Source: Nitrosococcus oceani ATCC 19707
Lineage (GTDB): Bacteria > Pseudomonadota > Gammaproteobacteria > Nitrosococcales > Nitrosococcaceae
Direction of reading: 5' to 3'
DNA: 32,000 nt
NCBI RefSeq assembly: GCF_000012805.1
Contig: NC_007484.1
Location: 2,730,001 to 2,762,000 of the forward strand
Within the stretch, counting starts at the first letter, position 1; each line of letters opens with the position of its first letter. Positions 19,576 through 27,027 of this stretch are shown one piece after another. Below the pieces are notes generated by a model. It had not been told where the DNA came from. It saw nothing but the letters and a program-made list of their open reading frames with translations, and did no database searches. Made by a program: the position numbers and the translations under genes.

Positions 19576-20889
19576 CTAACCTGTTTTAGAGAAATGCACT
19601 TTTGGCTGCTGACCCCGCCCGATAGAAAAAAGGCAGCGAAAGACGCTACCTTTACCCAACTCACTTTCGATCTCTAAATGGGCTTCATGATGGCTTAAAA
19701 CATGCTTGACAATAGCAAGGCCCAAGCCAGTTCCTCCCCTCTTCCGGGAACGGCCCTTATCAATCCGGTAGAAACGTTCTGTCACCCGAGGGAGATGTTC
19801 GGCGGCGATCCCTTCGCCGGTATCTCTCACTTCCAAGCAAGGCCGCCCCGCCTGCTGCTTGAACCAATGGAGGGTAATATTCCCTTGGGCTGGAGTATAG
19901 CGAATAGCATTCACGACCAAATTAGAAAAAGCACTATGCAGCTCTTGCTCATTTCCTCGCAGCCACAAAGCAGCATCCGCCTCAAGGTGAATTTGGTGTT
20001 GGCGGTCACCGCTAAGTATTCGGGCCTCCTGGCAAATTTCTGCTAGCATTTTCGGAACCGCAACAGGGGTTTCCGCCGGTTTTTTATCCCGGCTTTCCAA
20101 ACGGGAGAGCATGAGGAGATCTTCGACAAGATGCTGCATCCGCCCCACCTGCTCCCCCATGGTTTTAAAGGAACGGTTCCAACTCTCCGAGCCGACATTT
20201 TTTCCCTTCTCCAGAATCTCTAAATAACCCCGGAGGACCGTTAAAGGGGTCCGTAACTCATGAGAAACACTAGCTATAAAATCACGCCGCATCCGCTCTA
20301 GCTGGTGGAGTCGAGTAACATCTTGTACCACTAACAAACGTTGCCCCTCACCGTAGGGAAGAATGCGGATATTTAGATGCAGCGCCGAATTAATGGGCGA
20401 CGGCAATTCCACAGTGCCGGAAACTTTACGGTCAAGTGCCATCAGCTCAACAAAATCTGGGTAACGAATCAGATTACTGATGCGCTGGCCCATATCCCAT
20501 GGAGATTTTAACCCCAGGAGTCGCCGACTAGCCTCGTTAGCCCATTCGATTTCATCATATTGATTAAGCACCACGGTGGCATCGGGCAATGCCGTTGTAG
20601 CCTTTTGAAAACGTTTGAGATATTGGGAGATCTTGTCCTTGCGGGAGCGGTGACGCTGACGCATAAAATCAATTTCACGGACGATCTCTTCCATAATCCC
20701 CACCTCAACAGGAGACGGCCTCTTTTTTGGTTTTTGCAGCCAACGATAAAGATGATAAAGCTGGCGCTGTTGCCACAGCACATAACCCAAGGTAAAGAGA
20801 AACAGCCAAAAAAAGAGCTGTCCCAGAATGAGCCCCAGCAACAAGGCCAGTAGCAGTCCTCCTCCCAAATGCCAAAGATCCGCGCGCAT
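19576..20889 (-). CDS. phoR: Phosphate regulon sensor histidine kinase PhoR
   Basis: 437 aa. N-terminal TM hairpin, PAS-like region, H-box SHELRTPLT, N/G boxes (NAIRYT, DTGEGI, GGTGLGLAIV). Immediately downstream of phoB. Confidence 0.92.
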   Translation of the reverse strand: MRADLWHLGGGLLLALLLGLILGQLFFWLFLFTLGYVLWQQRQLYHLYRWLQKPKKRPSPVEVGIMEEIVREIDFMRQRHRSRKDKISQYLKRFQKATTALPDATVVLNQYDEIEWANEASRRLLGLKSPWDMGQRISNLIRYPDFVELMALDRKVSGTVELPSPINSALHLNIRILPYGEGQRLLVVQDVTRLHQLERMRRDFIASVSHELRTPLTVLRGYLEILEKGKNVGSESWNRSFKTMGEQVGRMQHLVEDLLMLSRLESRDKKPAETPVAVPKMLAEICQEARILSGDRQHQIHLEADAALWLRGNEQELHSAFSNLVVNAIRYTPAQGNITLHWFKQQAGRPCLEVRDTGEGIAAEHLPRVTERFYRIDKGRSRKRGGTGLGLAIVKHVLSHHEAHLEIESELGKGSVFRCLFSIGRGQQPKVHFSKTG

Positions 20890-20893
20890 GGAA

Positions 20894-21583
20894 TTAGGAA
20901 CGATTAGAAAATCGGTACCCTACGCCCCGCACGGTTTGGATAAACCCGTCATGGCCGCTCGGCTCCAAGGATTTGCGCAAACGGCGGATATGAACATCCA
21001 CTGTGCGTTCCTCTACATACACATTGTCTCCCCAGACGTAATCAATCAGCTGACCCCGGCTATAGACCCGCTCCAGGTGAGTAAGGAAAAAGTGGAGCAG
21101 GCGAAACTCGGTGGGCCCCATCTCCAGAGGAGTGCCCCTCACGCTTAACCGATGGCTGCCCGGATCAAGTTTTAGCCCGTCGAATTCAATCACTTCCCCG
21201 CTGGCCAATGGGGCGCTCCGCCGCAGTACCGCTTTTATACGGGCTATCAGCTCCGTTGGTGAAAAGGGCTTGGTAATATAATCGTCGGCGCCCACATTGA
21301 GCCCCCGGACCTTATCTTCCTCTTCATCGCGGGCGGTTAGCATGATCACAGGGAGCTCTCGCGTACTGGGTTCCCGCTTAAGGCGGCGGGCTAAATCCAC
21401 CCCGCTGATCCCCGGCAACATCCAATCTAGCAAAATGAGATCCGGGTGAGACTCGTTTATCCGCTGCCAGGCCTGCTCCCCATCGGCAGCCGCCTGATAA
21501 TAATAACCTTCCTGGGTAAGGGCAAACCCCAGCATTTCGCGAATTGCAGCTTCGTCATCAACGACTAATATGGTTGCGACCAT
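20894..21583 (-). CDS. phoB: Phosphate regulon response regulator PhoB (OmpR family)
   Basis: Start chosen at the ATG at 21583 ([11 protein letters not shown]). Receiver Asp in [10 protein letters not shown] and a winged-helix C-terminus ([13 protein letters not shown]...[11 protein letters not shown]). Confidence 0.93.
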
Positions 21584-21647
21584 CTTCACCCCCAGAAAAA
21601 TCCTAGCTAGAGAGCACAAGCTAAATATAAAATTATGATACTCGAAT

Positions 21648-21665
21648 TATGACATGAATATGACA
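21648..21665 (-). promoter_or_regulatory. Pho box upstream of phoB (autoregulation site)
   Basis: The minus strand reads TGTCATA-TTCA-TGTCATA, two perfect 7-bp repeats 11 bp apart, ~65-80 nt upstream of the phoB ATG. Confidence 0.8.
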
Positions 21666-21702
21666 ACCCCGGCACCACAACCACACCGTCCAAATCGTTG
21701 CC

Positions 21703-21722
21703 AAATAGTATAGTCACGAGAT
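21703..21722. repeat. IS terminal inverted repeat (left)
   Basis: AAATAGTATAGTCACGAGAT. Its reverse complement matches 22519-22538 at 19/20 positions. Confidence 0.85.
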
Positions 21723-22479
21723 ATTAGCCCAAAGCGCGCTACATCCGATTGGTACGGCGGCGAGAAAGGATGCGCTGTTTTTGGCGTATCTTGTAGCCCT
21801 ACCGCGCCAGCGCTTGAGAGGCCGGAAAGCCTTTTCCATCGGGGGGCGTACTTTATAGAGGTTTTTATCGTCATCGCGCCAACCTACACGATTTTTACGT
21901 GGCGGAATAACAGCAGCCATGTTTTGGTCATGGGCTTGCCTGATGATGGCATGGCTATCCTGGCCGCGATCGGCCAGTCAATAATCCGCCTCCACCCCTT
22001 CCATCAAGCGGCCAGCCTGCCTACAATCCGCTCCGCTACCTCTTGCGATAATAATGCTGACCGGCATGCCCAACGCATCCACGGCCCAATGTATGGTCGT
22101 GTTGAACCCCCTTTCGTGCGGCTCATATCCCGATGACCGCCTCTTGCGCCTGCCCCATGAGGATGAACCTTGCAATGACTGTCCTCCATCATCAGCCATT
22201 CGTAATCCGGCTCGTCAATGCGGGTTGCCAACAGCTTCTCCCGGATCCCCTTATCGCGCCAGCGGATAAAACAGCGGTGGGTGTTGCTCCCATGCCCTAA
22301 ATCCGGTGGCAAATCACGCCACGGGGCGACCGTACGCATGATCCCAAAAACGGCGTTGATAAATATAGGCGATTGTCTTTGGCGATGCCGCCCCAACCGC
22401 CCTTGCCCCCGGGAAGGTGCGGCTCGAGCAATGCCCATGTTTTGTCTGATATAGCGTCTCTGCAATGTGCGTGTGTCAT
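21714..22479 (-). pseudogene. IS5-family DDE transposase, disrupted by two frameshifts and one in-frame TGA
   Basis: Four colinear pieces:
- ISDKTWALLEPHLPG..AKDNRL (frame A)
- FINAVFGIMRTVAPWRDLPPDLG...HPHGAGARGG..SRTKGG (frame B)
- FNTTIHWAVDALGMPVSIIIARGSGADCR..EADY, then TGA at 21980-21978 (frame C)
- LADRGQDSHAI..AAVIPPRKNR...RWRGRATRYAKNSASFLA (frame C, after the stop)

The frame shifts lie near 22362-22378 and at the C5 run 22107-22111. Confidence 0.8.
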
Positions 22480-22518
22480 GGGCGATCCTTTCCTGACATA
22501 CAAAATCCCATACTTTTT

Positions 22519-22538
22519 ATCTCGTGACGATACTATTT
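22519..22538. repeat. IS terminal inverted repeat (right)
   Basis: ATCTCGTGACGATACTATTT, the partner of 21703-21722. Confidence 0.85.
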
Positions 22539-22750
22539 AGATCGCTATATGACAGCCATATGCCGTTTCGCTGTGCTGCTTCTGACGCCCGTTGCGAGAA
22601 TCCGAACGGTGAGCTAGGTGTATCGAACGCGATCATACCGCCGGGCCGAAGAAGTTCACGCCAACGACGTAGCGCCTCTGCCACATCAGACATCAGCACC
22701 AGAGCCGATGCGCAGAATATGCGGTCGAAGCTGGGCCGTTCGACGTTACC
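22539..22750 (-). pseudogene. Class I SAM-dependent methyltransferase, internal/3' fragment
   Basis: The frame reads ..SFDRIFCASALVLMSDVAEALRRWRELLRPGGMIAFDTP.., typical post-motif-II/III MTase sequence. The N-terminal GxGxG SAM-binding region is missing. The 3' end is cut by the IS right end at 22538. Confidence 0.6.
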
Positions 22751-23206
22751 CTAACGAAACTGCAAACTGGCCAGCTGCGCCTCGCGTGCCCTATCCGGCA
22801 GTATGCCAATCATTTCATGGACAAATAGGCCTCGTGCCGTTGCTTCCAGAACCAGGTTGCTGGCCGCAAGGCCAAGATCATGAACGGCGGCTCGATTATC
22901 CTTGCCATTGCGCGTGAATTTCAGACTCACCACGCCCAAAGCGAGAACCGGCGCATTGCGCGCCCAGACCTGATTTCCCTTGTTAAGGCAGGAAAGCAGC
23001 TGTTGAAATTGTTCCGGGTCCTCCTTGGTGGCCACGATATAGCGCCACGGTTGCTCGTTATAAGAAGAGCAAGCCCAGTGTGCCGCCTCGAACAGGGCAC
23101 ATAAATCTGCTTCTTCAACCGATTGCTCTGCAAACGCATAGGGACTCCAGCGTTCTGCAAGCAATTCGTAGATGGGGTGGTTCGTCGAGGCTTTCTTGTC
23201 AGTCAT
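22751..23206 (-). pseudogene. Nitroreductase-family protein, C-terminally truncated (chimeric 3' end)
   Basis: 151-aa ORF. LLAERWSPYAF...AAHWACSSYNEQPWRYIVAT...NAPVLALGV..HDLGLAASNLVLEATARGLFVHEM fits ~200-aa nitroreductases. Similarity stops near residue 143 (~22778), about 50 residues short. It then runs in frame into methyltransferase-like sequence across a single TAG. Confidence 0.55.
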
Positions 23207-23243
23207 AACTGCTCCTTTCTGTCTGTGGGATGCCTAACGTATT

Positions 23244-23307
23244 GCGTGAGGGAAGTTTTTGGAGTGGAGCGCGAAGCGCGTAGCGAAGAAAACGTTCCCC
23301 TCCACGC
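23244..23307. repeat. Long imperfect inverted repeat (hairpin) downstream of the DsbA-like gene
   Basis: GCGTGAGGGAAGTTTT ... AAAACGTTCCCCTCCACGC. About 16 pairable positions with bulges and a ~29-nt spacer. It could act as a terminator-like element for the minus-strand gene ending at 23383. Confidence 0.3.
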
Positions 23308-23382
23308 ACTTGCTAAGCATCGCCCGCGAAACGATTGGCATTGTTCTTCGCGGAAAATCCGCTTCCAATCAATGTTTTTGAG

Positions 23383-24044
23383 TCAGCACCAACTCGCCGC
23401 ACCGGCAACTGAGGAGCGAAGCAATTCTTTTATGTTTGCTTCGATCACGCCGTAACCCACGTTACCATAGAGTTTTTGGCGTCCTTCATTGAGAATGTAA
23501 GTGGGGCTGCCCTGAACCATAAGCATCTGCTGGTTGCGGCGATCCGCTTCGAGTTCAGCATGGGCCATCCCGCTGTCGATGACCCTTTTCACCTCAGCAA
23601 CCGAGACGCCGACAGCCTTCAAGGTATCACTCAGAACTGACCAATGACTGACATCAAGGCAACGTTCGAAGAATGCCCGTCTAAGTTCTTTCAGTACGGT
23701 TTCAGATTTGCGCTTATCCACTTGTTGCACGGCCTTCATCATTAAGTGCGCTGGTGTAGATAATGTCGGCTGGTTACGTTGCCAGATTTCGGGGTGGAGT
23801 TTGACATGGTCAAACTCAGAAATAGCCTTGTGGAGATGGTTTCTAAATCCGGTGTAACCGCCACGTTCGGCCCATTCTTTTCCAATTTTGTGCCTCGTGT
23901 CGCCAAACACTGAGCAAAATCGGTATTCAACGGATACGTCGTCTGGAAACCGTTCTAGAACTTCGTCGATGCCCGCCTGTGATATATATATGCCCACACG
24001 CACAGAATGTCCGAATAGTAGGTTAGCGCTATATTTTTGGCCAT
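23383..24044 (-). pseudogene. DsbA-like thioredoxin-fold protein (DSBA/HCCA-isomerase family), frameshifted in a (TA)5 tract
   Basis: The ATG at 24044 encodes MAKNIALTYYSDILCVWAYI (the position of the DsbA-type CxxC/active-site helix, here CVWA). The frame then breaks inside ATATATATAT (23982-23991). The 206-aa track ORF continues ..ISQAGIDEVLERF... Removing one TA unit restores a single 219-codon ORF. Confidence 0.6.
23982..23991. repeat. (TA)5 dinucleotide tract at the frameshift site
   Basis: Read directly: gtg-atatatatat-gccc. Confidence 0.95.
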
Positions 24045-24082
24045 CGCTCTATCCAATACATACTATTTATGCGTTTTTGCAT

Positions 24083-25639
24083 TCAATCTTCTAAATCAAT
24101 ACCCGATTTCCCTGGGGCGAAAATGTTGTTCGGATCCAGCGCCCGTTTGAGCGTCTTGTTGACGGCGCGCTGGGTGGGGCCAAAAGAGTCCGCCACCTTG
24201 TGCATGAACTCGGGGTTCACCCGATAAACGCCGTAGCCGTGCTTGGCGAACTCATCGAGCAGTTCATCAAAACAGGCATAGGCGGCTTTCATTTCCTCCG
24301 GGTCGGTACGGTCGAACAGCACGTCGATGAGATGGTGCATGGCGCGCTGACCGACGATGAACTCACCGACGTAGTCGAGCCCGTGCTTGTTCAGGATCTG
24401 GGTGGCGAGCTCGACCTGCTTGCGGGTCTCCGAGCCCTTGGCTTGGCTCACCGGGCCAAACCACATGGAGCCGCCGCCCCCACGCCAGTTGTACAGGCCG
24501 AACTCGACCAAGGTCATATTGCCGCGCATCAGGTCGGCCCGATAGGTGAAGGCGATATCGTCACCGGCCTCTTCTTCGGTCACGATGGTGCCCTTGCCGG
24601 CTGCCTTGACGGTATCGGTGACGATCTTCCAATTCACATCGACTTGCTCCTGGGTGCCGTACAGTGCGCCATAGGCAGTCCAGGCGCCGATCTGGTGCTC
24701 GTCGCGGATGCGCTGGATGATCTCCTTGGAGGTGGCGCCCTTCTCGGTGGTGTAGTCGGAACGGCGCACCGTGGGGCTCGCTTCCCATAGCGTGCCGACG
24801 AACACCATGGCGTTGGGGATAACGCCGCTGATGCTCAGGGGGCGGAACATCTCCACCAGGTCCTCGATGTCCTCGTCATTGTCGTACTTGATGGCGAAAG
24901 GCTTGAACGCCGCCGGCTCGGGCATCAGCCAGAAGCCCATCTTGGTGACGATGCCGTAGTTGGACTGGGTGAAGATGCCATCCAGGTAAGGGCCATAGCC
25001 CCACTTGAAGGTCTGCCAAGTGTTGGAGTTGGGGATGCCGCCCATGGCGGTGCGCAGCACATCGCCGTTGGCCAAGACCACTTCCATGCCGCAGGCGAAC
25101 ATGAAGTGCTCGGAATACGGGGTATAGCCCACACCGCGATCCAGGGTGTTGCCGACCGGGCCGACGATGGCCGAAGGCGCGGGCGGGTCGACCCATAGCT
25201 TGTAGCCCTTCTCCTTGATGTAATCGACCAACTGCTGGTACGCCACACCGGGCTCGACCAGGGCGGTGCAGAGTACCGGGTCGATCTCGATGATCTTGTT
25301 CATCTTGTTGAGATCAAGGATCACCTGGCCGCGATGATGGGGCGCTGCCGTGCCATAACCGAAGTTACGGCCGGTGGCGACGGTCCAGAGCGGAATCTTG
25401 TGTTCGTTGCAGATCTTCACGACGCCCTGCACCTGCTCCACGGTAGTGGCCATCAGGGCGGCCGAAGGCGCGTGCTCGGACTCGGGAACCGGCATCATGA
25501 TCTTCAGATAGGGCGCGAGCTGACTGGACTCCGTCAGTACATTCTCCGCTCCGAGCAGCGCCTTGAATTTTTCAACCGCCGTTTGGAATTCACTCGGCTC
25601 GACGCCCCGGGGCAGTACGTTATAGTTATTAGGAGGCAT
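24083..25639 (-). CDS. pchF: 4-cresol dehydrogenase (hydroxylating)/4-alkylphenol methylhydroxylase flavoprotein subunit (VAO/PCMH family, PchF-like)
   Basis: 518 aa, near-colinear with P. putida PchF as recalled. Shared blocks: ATTVEQVQGVVKICNEHKIP, TGRNFGYG, DRGVGYTPY, CGMEVVLANGD, FKWGYGP, GTQEQVDVNWKIVTD, FTYRADLM (Tyr at the covalent 8-alpha-O-tyrosyl-FAD position), LYNWRGGGGSMWF, DPNNIFAPGKSGIDL. No N-terminal signal peptide. Confidence 0.88.
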   Translation of the reverse strand: MPPNNYNVLPRGVEPSEFQTAVEKFKALLGAENVLTESSQLAPYLKIMMPVPESEHAPSAALMATTVEQVQGVVKICNEHKIPLWTVATGRNFGYGTAAPHHRGQVILDLNKMNKIIEIDPVLCTALVEPGVAYQQLVDYIKEKGYKLWVDPPAPSAIVGPVGNTLDRGVGYTPYSEHFMFACGMEVVLANGDVLRTAMGGIPNSNTWQTFKWGYGPYLDGIFTQSNYGIVTKMGFWLMPEPAAFKPFAIKYDNDEDIEDLVEMFRPLSISGVIPNAMVFVGTLWEASPTVRRSDYTTEKGATSKEIIQRIRDEHQIGAWTAYGALYGTQEQVDVNWKIVTDTVKAAGKGTIVTEEEAGDDIAFTYRADLMRGNMTLVEFGLYNWRGGGGSMWFGPVSQAKGSETRKQVELATQILNKHGLDYVGEFIVGQRAMHHLIDVLFDRTDPEEMKAAYACFDELLDEFAKHGYGVYRVNPEFMHKVADSFGPTQRAVNKTLKRALDPNNIFAPGKSGIDLED

Positions 25640-25651
25640 GTTTTTAAATCC

Positions 25652-26365
25652 TCAGGTCTTGAACGCGAAAGAAACAAAATTTCCCAGCAAGGGGGCCGCT
25701 ACGGTGCTGTTGCCGACCCCCGGCGATGGGTCCGTAGAATTTGCGGCCAGGCTGGCCAAAGCAAAGCCCAGGGCCGCCGCCCAGCGGCCGTCCTGGGGAG
25801 TCTGCGGGGCGGTAAAGGTCATCTGGCTTAAGCCGGCGGGCCCCGCCACGGGCTGTTCGGTGAGGCGGTAGCGAAGGCCACAGGCATCAAGTTCTTGCGC
25901 AAAGCGCCGACTGCAGTCATGTCCGGCCTCCGCGGCCAGGAGAGTGTGCCGCGATTGTCCGCCACTTACGGCATGCTGGCCAAGCCAGTACAGGCGAGCA
26001 GCGGTCGGGCGGGCCATATTCACAATGATCGCGCCACTGGCATCATCAACCAGTCCAACGATCTGAGCGGCTTTACCCGAATGCAGCAAAGCGTGCAGGG
26101 ATTGCAGAAAATCCAGCCCCCGGTCGCAGCGTTGTACCTTCAGAGAATCGTGACTGCGCTGCGGTTGCTGGGCGGAGCGAAGGCCGGCAAGGAAAGCCGA
26201 TTCGCCGGCTGAATCATGGATTAAGGCGATGAGGGGCAAGTGAACGCCTCCTTTGAGGGCATGGGTGCTGTCAGCGAGAATGCTGCTGGAAGCGAAGCCG
26301 GGAGTCGCGGCGGCAAGACCGGAGAGCGCCAATCCCTTGAGAAAGGCACGGCGGTTAACGTCCAT
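25652..26365 (-). CDS. Tat-signal protein of unknown function, positional equivalent of pchX
   Basis: Start chosen at the ATG at 26365 (SD GGAGGAG). The N-terminus MDVNRRAFLKGLALSGLAAATPGFASS is a classic twin-arginine signal. 237 aa, no recognisable domain. It overlaps the cytochrome gene stop by 11 nt and ends 12 nt before pchF. Confidence 0.6.
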   Translation of the reverse strand: MDVNRRAFLKGLALSGLAAATPGFASSSILADSTHALKGGVHLPLIALIHDSAGESAFLAGLRSAQQPQRSHDSLKVQRCDRGLDFLQSLHALLHSGKAAQIVGLVDDASGAIIVNMARPTAARLYWLGQHAVSGGQSRHTLLAAEAGHDCSRRFAQELDACGLRYRLTEQPVAGPAGLSQMTFTAPQTPQDGRWAAALGFALASLAANSTDPSPGVGNSTVAAPLLGNFVSFAFKT

Positions 26366-26708
26366 TTTCTCCTCCTTCTTTCGATTCCGCGGCGGATTTC
26401 GAGAGGTAGTCGGCCACTTCCCGTAGCGCTTTGTCATCAATGAACGCGGCCGTGAAGGCGGGCATCGCCAGCAGACCATTGCGAACTACCTGGACGATAT
26501 ATGCCGGCGGCAGCTCACGGCCTTTAAGGACCGGGCCGATAATACCTCCCTCATGGCAGTAGCCGCAGACTTTAGCGTAAACCTCTGCGCCATTTTTCCA
26601 GGAACCGTCCGCTCCCGCCCAGGCTGTCGGGGGCAGCAGGCAGGCAAGGCTCGATATCCCCACTACAAGTGACCATTTGGCCGTGATGCGTTTAGCTGAA
26701 GCCACCAT
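26355..26708 (-). CDS. pchC: c-type cytochrome subunit of the flavocytochrome (PchC-like)
   Basis: Start chosen at the ATG at 26708 (SD GGAGAA). Signal peptide MVASAKRITAKWSLVVGISSLACLLPPTAWA. Single heme motif CGYCH and a distal Met candidate in LLAMPAF. 117 aa. Confidence 0.8.
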   Translation of the reverse strand: MVASAKRITAKWSLVVGISSLACLLPPTAWAGADGSWKNGAEVYAKVCGYCHEGGIIGPVLKGRELPPAYIVQVVRNGLLAMPAFTAAFIDDKALREVADYLSKSAAESKEGGENGR

Positions 26709-27027
26709 TTCATTCTCCAAGTGCTTGTGATTACTTCTCGTATCGAGTATGGCACGGCCACGGGCTAGGATCGAGGACAGTGCCGCTGTGGCGACCGTGG
26801 ACTCAGCTTCGGCCCGCATGCTCAAGGCGTATAGACTTCCATATAGGTTAAATCCTTATGAGCACCACCGCCGGTCACATTATCTTCTCTTTAAATAATT
26901 AACCACAGCAGCGAATCCTCATGCAGGCACTGCCTTTGCACTTAGGGATGAAGCACTTTTCTAAATATAAACCTTTTAAGCCTACAGAATATTATAGATA
27001 CTTACTAAGAACTACGTTCACTAAGCC

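Larger units (their letters stand above)
21703..22538 (-). mobile_element. IS5-family (IS427/IS1031-like size class) insertion sequence, decayed
   Basis: An 836-bp unit bounded by 20-bp inverted repeats (19/20 match). It contains IS5-type DDE transposase segments in three frames. Confidence 0.85.

Noticed and set aside
22107-22111. G5/C5 run as a programmed ribosomal frameshift site in the IS transposase
   Set aside because: It is plausible in isolation, because the shift lies at the orfA/orfB-like boundary after ..SRTKGG. However, the element also carries an unrelated upstream frameshift and an in-frame TGA, so the transposase cannot be produced regardless.
24055-24070. ATACTATTTA matching the outer 10 nt of the IS5-family right inverted repeat, as a possible solo IR
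   Set aside because: Only ~10 nt match, in AT-rich DNA, and the inner IR bases (TCGTGAC) are absent. It also overlaps the SD/upstream region of the DsbA-like gene. This is likely coincidence.
24200-25831. Long plus-strand ORFs (196 aa at 24200-24790, 165 aa at 25334-25831) and overlapping minus-strand ORFs (24561-25248) inside pchF
   Set aside because: These are shadow ORFs typical of G+C-rich DNA. They have low-complexity Arg/Gly/Ala/Pro-rich translations, no motifs, and lie fully inside a gene with very strong family similarity.
25652-26825. Longer start codons given by the ORF track for the Tat-signal protein (26479) and the cytochrome (26825)
   Set aside because: The extended N-termini are basic, low-complexity and overlap the upstream genes extensively. 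The internal ATGs are preceded by good SD sequences and yield canonical Tat and Sec signal peptides at the very N-terminus.
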